DNA from: Felis catus
Taxonomy: Eukaryota
NCBI RefSeq assembly: GCF_018350175.1
Contig: NC_058381.1
Location: 22,754,001-22,818,000, forward strand
Length of the DNA stretch: 64,000 bases
Reading direction: 5' to 3'
Numbering within the stretch: the stretch's first letter is position 1; each line of letters opens with the position of its first letter. The translations under genes and the position numbers were made by a program. The notes beneath the pieces were generated by a model. That model did no database searches. It saw nothing but the letters and a program-made list of their open reading frames with translations, and had not been told where the DNA came from. Positions 1-13,839 of this stretch are shown here, piece by piece.

Positions 1-658
1 TCTTTCTCATCCGAGTCCCTCAGACATTCTGGATTAGCCCAAGTGGAGAGGCCCCAGAATCAGAATTTTCAATAATCATCTCCTGCTCCCACATGATTCT
101 GATGCAGGTGGGACTCAAATATTTTGAGATACCAGTCATATAGCTATGTTCCCCGAGCACTGTTTACAATAAAATGAAAAGTTGTGTTTCAAAGACCACC
201 AAAATGAGCCACAGTCTCCCTGAGTATGCCACAGACATTAGTCCTCTTACCCACAGGAATCACCAAGTATACAACAACTGAACTGTATTTATTTTGTCAA
301 CTGGACCATTATTTTCTTCAAGCCTCCAGAGACAATTATTACCCTAACTACTCTTAAGGATTTTAGCTGTCACCCACAGTCGTTATACTGAGACACTTTC
401 ACACCTGGGATGCAGTACAAGGGGCTTAATGGAATTTTTATGGCTGTAAAGATTAAAGTTCACTTGACTCAACAGAATAGTCAAATAAAACAAAGGATAA
501 AACCTCCCAAAAGGCACAGGTTGAAAGTAGAGGCTTTTGACTTCCTGATGAGGCAGTTTTGCCCAGAAATTCAAACCATGGGATGCTATATAGCTCATAT
601 GTCTTGAGAGTACCCAAATGCCAACTTATCACCACAGCATCAGCCAATGCAGGCTTAC

Positions 659-886
659 TGTAACATTTGGAAGCACAAACCTCCTGTATAAAATGGCCTC
701 TCCTGGGAGACAGAGGCTGTCACCATGCCGGGGATCATTCCATCTTGGGGCCAGAAGGACCAGGCAGTCCTTTTAATCTTTAACGAGCCACTTTCATGTT
801 CAGGTGTGGGAACCTGCTTCACAGCACTTTGCTGCAAAACAACACCCCCCCCCCAACCAGCTGTGTGAGGGCACGTGACGTGAGTC
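659..886 (-). promoter_or_regulatory. RFFL: Candidate downstream alternative promoter / first exon of RFFL
   Basis: Minus-strand donor ACA|GTAAGC at 659/658; overlapping CACGTGAC, TGACGTGA and TGAGTC motifs at 872-886. Confidence 0.4.
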
Positions 887-2633
887 TGTCCCTGATGGTA
901 CAGTGACCAGAATCTGGTCTATAATGTAATTGTGGGCATTTGATTATCCACTGCGGTGTAATAGTTCAGAAGGGTATCCAATATCGAGGGTACAGCAACT
1001 GCCTACCTCAGTCACAGTGAAATACTAGATCCCTAAATGTCAGGGAATTGAAAAAGTAGCAAGCCTGCGGGAAAAGGAAGAATCCTAAGCTGACAGGACA
1101 CAGTGGGAGGCCCTAATAACAAGATGGGGGGAAAGGAAGTCAGCAATGTGACCAATCTGCTATCCTGGGCAGCTCAATTTAGAAACCTGGCGATGGAAAT
1201 GTGGGAACCGTCTGATAGTGTAATTTCCTTTACAAAGCTATTTCTTCATTTTCTCTCCTGAGCTGTTAATACAGAAGAAGGGCAGGGACAGGCCCTTGTC
1301 TCCAACTCCATCACGTAAACAACTCCCATAGCTTCATAATGAAGTGACTAGTAGGCTCACGTCCTATTCCCCAGTAACCACCCTCTTGGAACAAAGATTC
1401 TGTAATTCAACTCTGAAGATTTCCTGAATTCACAATTCTTCTTCACTGTGTACCTCTGGACTCTCCTCTTTAAATACATCCACACACACTCCTCTTTCTC
1501 TCTCTACTCCCTGCCACCTCCCATACCCATGCCCTGCCTCCCATAAGTCAAACTTTCTGACTTTTCACTTTGGTTTCCACTAAAATGCCACAAGATTTAA
1601 GTTACCTTCTCGCAGGTGCCCAAGTCTATGGGGCCTCTGTTGACATGTGTCTCATCTGGATGGGTGATTTCTGGCCAAGTAGATAAAACTACCTGTTCAC
1701 CTACAGTTAATCTTCAAACTGGCTTGTGTAGGCTGTGGAAATAAAAGAGTAAGGCTGCACAGCTTGAATGTCCCATCAAGGTAATCAAAATAATGGAAGA
1801 GAGACAGTAGACAGGAGAGATTTCAAAATAAAGACTGAACTGTGCATTTCAGTAGCACTTAAGAAAACACTCCATCTGATTAAGCCCCTGATGAGTAGGC
1901 TAATACCCAAAGGACTGTACGTTCTCCAAAGATTATTGTGCTCACAGCTCTTGCTTCCCTCAAGGTTCATAAAATCAAACTTGCATTACTTATAATAAAA
2001 TGGATAGGTAGATTCCAACATCCAGAATTCTGCTGATTTCCTTGCAAATAAAGCTACAACCTTATTTCAACCCAAACTCATGTAACGAAGAATAAAATAC
2101 ATTTTGTTTAGGTCTTTCAAAGGTACCTCTCATGCCTTCTCTCATGCCTTTTATAAGAGAACAAAAGGGGTTAGAAAAAGGAAAACAACACTATCCCAAG
2201 CTGAAGCACTTAAAAAAAAAATCACAGCCAAAATGCCCATAATACATTCTCCACTGAAAACAAAAAAAGCATTAACACAATAGCAGATGGGGACTATGGG
2301 AACACGAACACACACACACACAGAATATACATACACATAGAGTGAAAAAAGATACAAAACACATATAGTTCAAAAGTTTAAAACCATTTCATAGTAGTTA
2401 CTTCTGATAAGGATGGGGTTTACCTCCTGCTTTATATTACACTCTCGTGCTATTTTAGTATTTTTAAATGAGTGACATAAGCTAAGTAATATTACCAGAA
2501 GTGGGGTACCTAAGGTCACTTGACAAAAAAACAGCTATGTGAATAAGATGGTAGAGCCATTGTAAAATCAATTTTCAGCATATTTAAGGATATTTTCACT
2601 GAGGCAAATTTCTAAAGAACGAACCAGAAATTT

Positions 2634-3060
2634 GGGGCACCTGGGTGGCTCAGTTGGTTAAGCATCCAACTCTTAAAAAAAATTTTTTTTTAATGTTTAT
2701 TCACTTTTTGAGAGACAGAGGCAGAGAGTGAATGGGGGAGGGGCAGAGAGAGAGGGAGACACAGGATCCAAAGCAGGCTCCAGGCTCTGAGCTGTCAGCA
2801 CAGAGCCTGACGCAGGGTTCGAACTCACGGACTGTGAGATCATGACCTGAGCTGAAGTCAGACACTTAACTGACTGAGCCACCCAGGTGCCCCCAAGTAT
2901 CCAACTCGATTTCAGCTCGGGTCATGATCTCATGGTTCATGAGTTTGAAGTCATCCCCCCCCCCCACCCCGGCTTGCAATTCTCACTCCCCCTCTCTCTC
3001 TGCCCTTCCCCAACTCGTACCCTCGCAAAAATAAATAAAACATTAAAAAAATAAAAATTA
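2634..3060 (+). mobile_element. CAN-SINE host (+) interrupted by a nested CAN-SINE (-, 2673-2894)
   Basis: GGGGCACCTGGGTGGCTCAG head; TSD AAG(C/T)ATCCAACTC at 2660-2672 and 2895-2907. Confidence 0.9.
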
Positions 3061-3144
3061 ATAAAATAAAGTAAGTAAAACATTAAAATAATAAGTAAAA
3101 ATTAATAAAATAAAAATTTTTAAATTATACATAAGGATAAATTA

Positions 3145-3274
3145 NNNNNNNNNNNNNNNNNNNNNNNNNNNNNNNNNNNNNNNNNNNNNNNNNNNNNNNN
3201 NNNNNNNNNNNNNNNNNNNNNNNNNNNNNNNNNNNNNNNNNNNNNNNNNNNNNNNNNNNNNNNNNNNNNNNNNN
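3145..3274. other. N-run, 130 nt
   Basis: Direct. Confidence 1.
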
Positions 3275-4451
3275 AATTAAAACTTGGATACACAAAACAC
3301 CTCTAAACAAATGTCCGTGACAGTTTTATTTACATTCTGAAAACTGGAAACAACCAATAGGTGAATCGCTAAAAAAAACCTGTGGCACATCCACTACTTC
3401 TCAACAAAAAGGAACGGGCTACTACAACACACAACTTGCATGGAAGGCATCGTGCTAAGTTAAAAATGCCAATCTCAGAAGGTCACATATTGTTGTGAAT
3501 CCATTTCCATAACATTTCAGAAATGACAAAATTATACAGACAGAGAACAGATCGCTGGTTGCCAAGGATTAGGGATGATGTGACTATAAAAGTGCAATTA
3601 CTCATTCAACTGTCCAATCACCACGGGGAACCCAGAAAGGCGAAAAGTTTGTAAAGCAAAGCACATTTCTTCTTATGTTGCAGTTCCTACCATGCCAGAA
3701 AAAAAAGAAAAAAGATTCTCTAAGCATGGATCGGTTGCTGGTCCAACCACCTGAAATACATTTCAGGCATTACCTGTGCCTCATCCCTCCCTGTATTTCC
3801 GTCTGAGCTCCCCCAGAGCCATAAGCAATGAGCCAAAAGGCAGAAGTAACCCATACAGAATGAATTCTGCTGTAGTTTCAGCTCAGCATTCAGCCGAAAG
3901 TACCCTGCTGGAAATCAAAAGCATCTGAACACTGCAGCAACAAGACAAAGAAATTGTGAAAGACGTGGTTACCAGGTAGGGCACCTCACATGTGACAGGC
4001 TTCTTACTACAAATAGCTTTCCTTACAAAAGTCTCAGGAGCATTCTCCAAAAATGTGAGGGAGAGGTTAGCAGAAAAAAATTAAATGATGCTTCTTCTGT
4101 GATTCTTCAAGCCAGTCCTCAAGGGTTTCATACGTAGGGGAAGCAGGACACGTGTCTCAAGCCCAGAGAGCAAAGTTTTACTTTCTATACTGATCAGGAC
4201 TTCCTCCTGAAAATGGTCTATCACCATTTATTCCATTATCATTTACAACAGGAAGTCAGAACATCTACATGTCTTATGTAGAAGGCAATTTATTGAGGCC
4301 TAGTGACAAACAGGAAGACACTGCCCCCACCAGAAAAAAAATAATTGAAAAATGAAAAGCCATCAATAAATCCTTCTCTAAGCCAAAGCTTTAGCTGTTT
4401 AGCCAAATGTGCTTTTAAGGGTGACTGGTTTATACACCAAATACAATTACA

Positions 4452-4612
4452 GGGGCACCTGGGTGGCTCAGTTGGTTGAGCATCCGAGTCTTGATTTTGA
4501 CTTAGGTCATGATCTCATGGTTCGTGGGTTTGAGCCCCACACTGGGCTCTGTACTGACAATGCAGAGCCTGCTTGGGATTTTCTCTCTGCCCCTGCCCCA
4601 CTTTCTTTCTCT

Positions 4613-4643
<31 letters not shown>

Positions 4644-4662
4644 AAAAAAAATAAATTTTTAA
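4452..4662 (+). mobile_element. CAN-SINE
   Basis: tRNA-derived head, (CT)n, A tail; TSD AAATACAATTA. Confidence 0.92.
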
Positions 4663-4759
4663 AAATACAATTATAATGTTAGAATTTGGAATAAACCATG
4701 AAACAACACTTCAGTGCTAACAGAACTAAAACTAGTAAGTAACAAGTGTTGCTAACATC

Positions 4760-4984
4760 TTTTTTTTTTTTTTTTTTTTTTTTTTAAGAGAGAGAGCTAG
4801 AGAGCCAGCAGGGGAGAGGGGCAGAGGGAAGGAGAGAGGGAGAGTGGGAGAGAGGGAGAGAGAATCTTAAGCAGGCTCCATGCTCAGCACAGAGCCCCAA
4901 GTGGGGCTTGATCCCATGACCCTGGGATCATGACCTGAGCCAAAACCAAGTTGTACACTCAACAAACTGAGCCACCCAGGCACC
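4760..4984 (-). mobile_element. CAN-SINE
   Basis: poly-T, (GA)n, ends GAGCCACCCAGGCACC. Confidence 0.9.
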
Positions 4985-7210
4985 TAATACTCTTTTTAAA
5001 TACCATTTCACAAAAAGAGGCCCACATATAAGAAATTTCAAAGCCCACCACTATATGAACTAGAACCTACTTCTGAAGGCATACTCTGAAAAGTAATGGT
5101 AACGGATGTGTCAGCGGACCATGTGGCCACTATAGCCTGGTGGTTGAAAGCTTGGACTTCACAGCCAGAAGGGTTCAAACACTGTGTGGCCTTGCACCCA
5201 TCACTTAACTTCTCTGTGCAGTGTTTTCACATCTGTGGAACAGAGAAACTAGTACCCATGCTTCGTAAAACTGTTGGGAGGATGAAATAAGTTCATGTAG
5301 TCAAGTCCCTGCACACAGCAAGTACACAGGGAGTGTTGGTAATTTTTATACAGGTAAAATATGGCACAAAGACAAGTATAACACAGCAAAAGAAATGTCA
5401 GTCTTTTCATCAGTCTTCCACCAAATTCTCTCATACTTTTAGACAAGAGTAAGCCTTCCCCTGACTCCCACCAAACAACGCATACAATTCCGTTCAGAAA
5501 AAAAGTATCATTTTACACAACGGAATGAGTAAAATAAATCCTGCTGAACAGGCCTAATGCTTCCCAAACTCTCGTGGGCAAAATAAGATTTCAATAGGAA
5601 AGGGGGCTGTTTTGTCGAGACAGTTTTATAATGTCCTTCACCAAATCAAATGTTCAAAGTGCAAATTCAAGGCTTCACACAGCAGGCACAGACTTTCAAA
5701 AACATCTGTATCCTCACACTCATGTTCTCCATCCTTCTTTCCTAATCAAGGTTATAATAACCAAAGTCCTCTGTAGGTGGCACACTGCTGGACAACGTGC
5801 CATCCTACTGAATAGTCAGTAACTAGGAAAGAAAGGCCCAGGGAGTCAACACTCTCTTTACAGCCCCCCACCCCCACCCCACCCCACCCCAGTCAGAAAG
5901 ATGGCGAGAGACATTTGTTCGAGAGACACTTAAAGAAAACAGTTTTGACTTGAATAATCTAGACACAATGCCATACCTTTCTCCACTTCTAGGTTTCCCA
6001 ACTATTCAGGGAACAGCCAAGACGTTTTGGAATCAGAAACGTAAATTGTTTCCAAAAGTGTTCAACAATGCTTGTCCAAAGGCCCCAACAGAGCTGGTAA
6101 TTTAGACAGCTGTGCTAGGAGCCACAGAAGCTGCATTTTCTAACTAGTATTGCTTCTGAACAATTGAAACTTTCTCCAGTGCAAAGTCCAGACACAGGGA
6201 GCAGTGTTCCTTGAGAACATCCAAACAGTTTCATTTTTGTTTAACCACCAAAATAACAGCTCCAATAATCTATCAAATTTGACATTTTATCCAACTAGGC
6301 AATTTAAACCCGGATGCAAAGCCTGCAGAGATTATCCCCCCCTGCTCCATATCAACATTCATTTTGACATTACGGCAACACAAACTAGGAAGATTTGTTC
6401 CTAGACTACTTATAAAAGGCTTCTAAAAAAGGCACCGCAATCTTTAGTGCCTCAAAAAAACTGCACATCCCCATATTTTATTTTGTCTTACACTTTTAAG
6501 CAGGTTTTATTAACTGTGAGTAAAGTTACTCACAGTTAGGCCAAGAGGTTGAAAACTCCTTTTTAGTGGTTAGTCAAAAGAGGTAAACATCCCTCCTGAT
6601 CCAGGCACCAAATGCAAGTTGTACTGACTTATTCTTAAACATATTAAAGGTAAGTATCCCTCACCTAATCTCCAAGTAGTAACACTGTGGTTCTGAATTA
6701 GCAAATCACCAGGTGATGGAACTTCTCTCCCCAAGCAGGGATAGGAGCTCAGGGCTGTTTCATTTACAGGTAACAGGTAGCTGAGGAAGACAATGATTAT
6801 CAATGTCCTCAGAACCACCTAGAACAATGCTATTCAAAGTGCCTTAAGCTCCTCTGGGCCTTAAATTCCTCCTCTGCAAAATAAAGGCAGCCTCGTAATT
6901 TCAGAATTTCTCAGCATCATCACCACCACCACCACCACCATCATCATTATGGTCGTCAGAAACCCAAGCCTCAGTCCCAAACACTGATTGTATAAGTCTA
7001 GGCTAAGAAGCAGGAAACTGAATTTTTTTTACAAGTGCCCAGGGGATTATGGGGCACACTAAAATTTGAGATCAGCCATATATTTTTATATATTATAGCA
7101 ATGTTTTTAGGAATAAAAAAGGTTACAATTTGTGTGTAATCCCTGATAAATTATCTTAGGTAAAGAATATTTTTAATTTCGTATATTAAAACAGAAAGCA
7201 TATTTTAATG

Positions 7211-7715
7211 TTTTTAAAAAATTTTTTCAATGTTTATTTTTTAGAGAGATGGAGTGTGATTGGAGGAAGGGCAGAGAGACAGGGAGACAGACTCTGAAGC
7301 AGGCTCCAGGCTCTGAGCTGCCAGCAGAGCCCGACGCAGGGCTTGAACCCACGAAACATGAGATCATGTCCTGAGCTGAAGTCCAGCACTTAACAGACCG
7401 AGCCACCCAGGCGCCCCTAATACACTTTTATAATATTTGTAACATGTAACAAATTTCAACTTTTCCCCATTTTTAAATTTTTTTTTAGTAATCTCTACAT
7501 CAATGTGGGGCTCGAACTCACGACCCTGAGACCAAGAGTCACGTGCTCTACCAACTGAGACAGCCAGATGCCCCAACTTTTCCCCATTTATAAAAATGAC
7601 ATTGGTGAGGGTGCCTGGCTGGCTCAGTAAGTGGAGCCTGTGGCTCTTGATTTCAGGGTTGTGAGTTTGGGCCCCACGTTGGGCACAGAAGTTAAAAAAA
7701 AAAACAAACCAAAAA
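7211..7715. mobile_element. Three CAN-SINEs: 7211-7417 (-), short 7473-7574 (-), short 7607-7715 (+)
   Basis: SINE heads and tails; 15-bp TSD AACTTTTCCCCATTT at 7458-7472 and 7575-7589. Confidence 0.88.
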
Positions 7716-8117
7716 AATGATGTTTGGTTGGGAAGACCAAATGTAAATTAAAATACATGTAAATATGTACATGTTATGACATCAAAATTGTTTTGTTTGT
7801 TTTTAGAGAGAGTGCAAGCAGGGATGGGGAGAGAGAGGGATGGAGGGAGAGAGGGGGAGAGAGACTCTTGAATTTTCTGCAATCCCTCCCAAATAAAACC
7901 AGTGGCTTATTTTTATGTTTGTGTTGTTTCTAAAAAGATGAGACAAGGAGGATTTCAGGCTACGGTTTATGAGCATTTCCGAAAGTAGGTACAGTGCAGG
8001 TATGGACAGCCTATATCTCAAATAAAAACCAATTTAAATATAATTGTCAGTGTATTTTCATTTTCAGTATTAGTTTTGGTACTACAAGAGACATGTTGAT
8101 ATGCTGTATGAAAAAAA

Positions 8118-8333
8118 AATGTTTAATGTTTATTTATTTATTTTGACAGGGGTGGGGAGAAAAAGAGAGAGAGCGCGCCTATGTGCCTGCAAGCAGGGTA
8201 GAGAATCCCAAGCAGGCTCCACTCTGTCAGCACAGAGCCCAACACAAGGCTCGATTCACAAACCCAGCCCATTAGATCATGACCTGATCCGAAATCAAGA
8301 GTCAGACACTTAACTGAGCCACCCAGGCACCCC
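8118..8333 (-). mobile_element. CAN-SINE
   Basis: TTTAATGTTTATTTATT...GAGCCACCCAGGCACCCC. Confidence 0.9.
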
Positions 8334-11300
8334 TCAAAAATTTTATCACACAAAGTTTAAGAATCTGATGAAGATCATCTGGAGGTGAAGTGGCAGAATG
8401 ATACCATTTTTATGTCCCCTATTAACTGGCTGGTTCACTGTCCCTATTCATCAAGCTGCTGGTCCGCAACTGTGTCAACAACCCAGAGAGTTAGGAAACA
8501 CCTAACTGGATCAGACCAGTGGGCATGGGAGTAGAGGATTCAGATTCATCTGGAGTGCTGGGTCCAACTGTACAGTGAGGGCAGTAAGGAAGGTGGAGTG
8601 GCCTTTGTCAAGCTTTCTGGGAATATTCAGGCACCCCCTCGCTCCACCCGTCCCGTAGCAAACACTGGCTAAGGCAAACTTCAGCTTGCACTCAGAATGA
8701 TTAAGCGAATTCTTCCATCAGTAAATAAAATGACCAAGAATGGTACCTGAAGTCCAGTCATGCCCAAAAGGTAGAAACCAAGGCAAACAGGAGAGAAGCT
8801 GAAAGACTAAGAATTTCCCGCTATGGGCTGAGAGGGTGCTAGCATCCGCAATTCTTCCTGCCACCTTCTTCCAACTGTACAAAATGTTAGCCCCTAACTC
8901 TTCCTCTTCACCCCTCCAAAAAATCCCAAATGCCCAAACAATGGCTGCTACTTTACAAAAAAACCAATTCCCCCTCTTCCTAGAACGATCCTTGACTAAA
9001 GATTCCTCCAACTAACTGAACTTCAGCTGACCTACTGCTGCTAGAGCAAGCCCTAGAAAACACTCTGCTCTTTCTCCAAACTAGAACGCTCCTTTTGTCC
9101 GGCATTTTCGATTAAAGCCTTATGCTCTGGTGAATCTTCTTCCACACCAATAAATAATAGTTTACCATGGTCAAGAGGAGGTATAATTAATTGGTTGTGG
9201 ACCCACTGACTCAGGACCTAGGAAAAGGTTGGAAGCAGAAATAGGATGAGGCTATTTCCCAGGCAGATGTCTTAAACATTATCATAAAGAAAAAAGGTAA
9301 GATTCACAGAAAATGCTGGAGGGACAACACACTTCTATACATTTTAGGATCAAATCTTGTGCTGTTCGTCTGTATGCCTGTCATCTGGACTGAGACTGGA
9401 AAGATTTTCCAAAGCAAATGAGTAGAGCATGAAGAAGATGGGGTGGGAGAGAAGGATGCTCCATTTACTTAAGAAAAGCCTTTTTTTTTTTTTCTGCAAG
9501 TCTTTTAACATAATCCAGCAGTTGCAAATAAACAATGGTGCTGATTACTAACGAACTGCATTAACCACTCAGAGGCCAGCAGAGCCTCCAGTTGGCCTAA
9601 CTTCCTGTAAGTTTCAGGATGACTAGGCAGCATTTCTTTCAAGAGGATCAAGGCAGTTAAAATGTTTTCAGCGATCAGACTGGCTCCTGGTAGTTCAAAT
9701 GGGGATGGGCTTCCCCTCCCTTTAGAACTGGACTGCGGGAAACAAACAGTTGTCCTAGGGAGCCCTGACCACTCCACAACCCAGAGACAATGAAATCAGG
9801 TCTTTATACGCGATTCCAGAAGGCCTGAGCATGTTAAACTGGGAGATGGGGGCCTAGCCCCCAGCACCAGAGAGGGGCAGCTTTAAAAAGTCAAGTAACA
9901 CTTGCTCAACAAAATTTTTTAAAAGTTCAAAATCAGCACGAGGGGTAGCTGCTGAAAAAGGCTGCTGAGATTGCAAGAAGGTTTTGCTTATCTTTTTATA
10001 GGAGAGGACAATGGAGAAATTACCAGACCAAGGTCACTTTCCATTAAAAAAAAAAAAAAAAAAAAACACAAAAAGAGGCTGGAAGCCTTAACAGAGCTAA
10101 AAACCTGTGTAAAGTCATGACTCCATGAAATCAGCAGCCTGGTGAGAATCTCTGCAAGAATCCTATAGGAAATGAGGGCGGATTAGAGTAATTAAATGTA
10201 AAGTCTCCTCGAGAGCAACTTCTGTTCCTGAAGACTAGAGCCATTTCTGTGAAACGTATCATAGAAAAATTGTGAGGAGGATTTGCCAGGCAGCTCAGCC
10301 TCTCCACTTTCACATCAGGTCTGCAAACGCTATGATCTAAAAAGAACAGAGCAGTGATCTGGGAGGGCATTAAATAATACACCTTATCAGAGAAACCCAC
10401 TCCACTCTCCAGTCTTTGCAAAAGTCCACATGCTCGTGTAAGTGTAATATACTTAGAGGTTTCAAAAATTACACACATTTCCTCAAAAGAGATGTAAGGA
10501 AAAAATATAATCATGGGGTAAAGGCCAAACATTGTCTCTTCTGAATGCTTAAATAGCCAATTATGTGCCTTAATACATTAATTCTATGGAGAGAAAGAAG
10601 ACTATTACAGGAAAGTTGAATAAGACATCTTAAAAAATGTACCCTGGGGCCTAAGTCCATTCAACTGACAGTAAAATCACCCCCTCAAAAAAGCAGTTTT
10701 ATGCAACATCTAGTATTTTAATTTCCCAGCTGCCAAGAGAAATATATAAGGAGCAGAAATTAAACTAATTATGTCAGCAGCACAGTGAACAAAACTTTAA
10801 TTGTATTACACACCAGTTAGACATTTGCTGAACAATACAAAGGCCCTTAAGGGTAGAAACTTCTTTAGAATATAAATGATTCCCAATCAAATGACAAAAA
10901 TTAGTCTGTTTGGGCAATAAACAGATTCATGGTTTAGACACAAACTTTCAACCAACATCATAATTCAATATAAAAAATAAATATATGGTATAAGAAAGAA
11001 ATCTTGAAAATGGCTTTGAATCACTCTCTGATTTACATATGCTGTATCATTAATAGGTCCTTTAAGCCAGTATTGTACTAATCAGCTTTTTTAACATCCT
11101 GCCCACAAAAGGGCCTATTCATTTAGCTGGGAGACAGGTGTTAGCAACCAGCAACCTCTCTTTTAGCCTGGAGTTTCAGGGGCCTGGCCTGTGATTACTG
11201 GGGCATGATTGGCAAGTCGAAAGGAAGGGCACTTTGAAAGGGAGGAGAGAGGGAAAGAGAAACAAAAGAGACCGAAAGGGAGAACGGGAGATGAGGGAAG

Positions 11301-12257
11301 AAATGGATGTCAGCTGCTACTTAACGGGGCCACCCTTACAGCCTCCTAGACTGACGTGAGTGCCCGCGCACTACCACCCAGATAGATACGTATGGCTGAA
11401 TTTGGATGGCATTAATTCATTTCTGCAAACAGTAACTCTGGATATATGCCTATACTCCTCTCATTCTAAAAACACTTTTGAGTGTCCTATGACTCATTCT
11501 TCTTTACCCATATCATCCAGTTCCTAACTTTAGTCCTCACTCTTTCAGAGACTCTCTAAAAGAGCTGACAGAGTAGATATTCCTGGAAAGAGATACAGAG
11601 AAGGCCAGATTTAGAAAGACATCTTAAGCCTCTGGAATAGAAATCCTAGCAGAAAGTAGGAGAAGTGAACATTCATGGAGTTGCCTGCAATGTATAAAGA
11701 ATGGATCTTCTCTCTTTTAATCCACGGAACAATCCCATCAGGTATTATTTTCATCTTGGGGATGAAGAAAATGAAGCTGACAAAGATTAAGGAACGAGTC
11801 TTGAAGTAGCAGAGGCCAGGAGGTGGAAGAATTGGGATTCAAAACCAGGTTTGTCTATTTCCTCAACTGTTACACTTTTCCCAAGTTTAATTCCCTAACT
11901 AACATGTTGAGTGCCCCAATTCTGTTTTAACTGGGATGGTTCTGTACTTCAGCAATTGTGCTTCCTTCCATGAACTCCGCAAAGGACCCGTGACTAAATT
12001 TTATTGACTATTAAGCCTCCATTATTTTCAATAAAGCTCTTTGGCTATGAAGCAGTGAAACATCTGGCAAGTTGGCTTTATTTTTTAAATCCTACACGCG
12101 GAGAATTCCCAGGCATCTCTCCTATCCAACACTGATCGTAACTAGATTCGACTACCGATTCAGACCTCCAGTCGTTTCCACATTATCATTCATTTGTCCA
12201 CTCAGGAAATAAAGGAAGCTACTTTCACCAACCCTCCCTCATGACTCCAGATAGATA

Positions 12258-12404
12258 NNNNNNNNNNNNNNNNNNNNNNNNNNNNNNNNNNNNNNNNNNN
12301 NNNNNNNNNNNNNNNNNNNNNNNNNNNNNNNNNNNNNNNNNNNNNNNNNNNNNNNNNNNNNNNNNNNNNNNNNNNNNNNNNNNNNNNNNNNNNNNNNNNN
12401 NNNN
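12258..12404. other. N-run, 147 nt
   Basis: Direct. Confidence 1.
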
Positions 12405-12541
12405 GGTTTTAAAGGGACTACCATTTGTAAAGAATTTCAAAGCAGTGCAACAGTGGCTCCCAAACCTGGCTGCATATCAGAATCGCTTTGGGGACCTTTT
12501 TGGAAATAGATGCCAGAATGGTTTTTAAAATGTAGATTCTT

Positions 12542-12990
12542 GGGGCGCCTGGGTGGTGCAGTCGGTTAAGCGTCTGACTTCAGCCAGGTCACGATCTCGC
12601 GGTCTGTGAGTTCGAGCCGCGTCGGGCTCTGGGCTGATGGCTCAGAGCCTGGAGCCTGTTTCCGACTCTGTGTCTCCCTCTCTCTCTGCTCCTCCCCTGT
12701 TCATGCTCTGTCTCTCTCTGTCCCAAAAATAAATAAACGTTGAAAAAAAAAATTAAAAAAAAAATGTAGATTCTTGGGGCGCCTGTGTGGCTCGGTCAGT
12801 TAAGCTTCTGACTCTGGCTCAGAATGATCTCACTCAGGTCATGATCTCACAGTTCGTGGGTTGGAGCCCCCCATTGGGCTCTGTGCTGACAGCTCGGAGC
12901 ATGGAGCCTGCTTTGGATTCCGTGTCTCCCTCTCTCTCTGCCCCTACACGGCTCATGCTCTGTGTCTCTCAAAAATAAAATAAACATTCA
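12542..12990 (+). mobile_element. Two tandem CAN-SINEs (12542-12762 young, CpG-rich SINEC_Fc-like; 12776-12990)
   Basis: Two GGGGCGCC heads, each preceded by AAAATGTAGATTCTT. Confidence 0.92.
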
Positions 12991-13839
12991 CTCAATCAAA
13001 TCTCCAGGAGGTGGGGCTGGGAAATCTGTATTTTTAAAGAACCCCTTAGTGACTCAGCTGCAAACTGCAGCTTTCAAGGAATGGCTGGCTTTTGGGAACT
13101 CCTTGCAATAAAACACACTAAAAAGGCTAAAGGCTGCACTGAATACAATGTGACCTTTTTTTACTGATTCGGGAAGACTTGGGGATCTCCCAATGGCTCT
13201 AGTTCATCATTCACTACTGTCACTAGTCACTGTACTGGCAAAACCAGAAAGGAAAGGTTAAGATTTTGTATTGGTACAAAGCTGGAAAAACCAGCTTTGG
13301 TTTTCCTATCAGATTCAAAAAGCTAATTTTCCCCCAGAGGAAACACAGATTTTATGCTTGCTCTGAAAAAGGAAAATGTTTAAGATTGTGCAGTAGGATT
13401 CTCTTAACCAACTGTTTGGCTCCAATTCAGAACGTTAACAGGCCCAAATTCATCAAAAATGGGGAATATTCAACCTGCACAGGGGAAAGCAAAGAAACTT
13501 CATGACCATCTTAATCAAGAGAAAGGAAGATAATGGGTTTAAAGTAAGAATGGCATTATAGGATTAGATAAAACCACTGTCCTGACCATGGCAACTGATA
13601 AATCCTGGAAACTGGGAGAGCCAAGGCCTAGGATTCCTTCCTGTCAGGGATGGCTTTCATTTGAGATGTAACAGAATATCCTATTAAAAGTCCTATTTAA
13701 AATACTGTTGATAATATAAAGTCACGATACAAGAAAATGACCAAACCATTTCCCTATTGAAAGAATGGGAGTTCGCGTGTTTGCATATGAAAAGACTGTC
13801 CTTGTGTGTCAACTATAGTTCAATTAAAAAATAAACCAA

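Noticed and set aside
2127-2150. Tandem CTCTCATGCCTT x2
   Set aside because: Ordinary 12-bp slippage duplication
4452-4530. tRNA-like A/B-box sequence at SINE heads
   Set aside because: CAN-SINEs are tRNA-derived; not genuine tRNA genes
6647-6655. Perfect + strand donor AAG|GTAAGT suggesting an antisense exon
   Set aside because: A single 9-mer is expected by chance about 0.5 times in this window; no supporting acceptor or promoter seen
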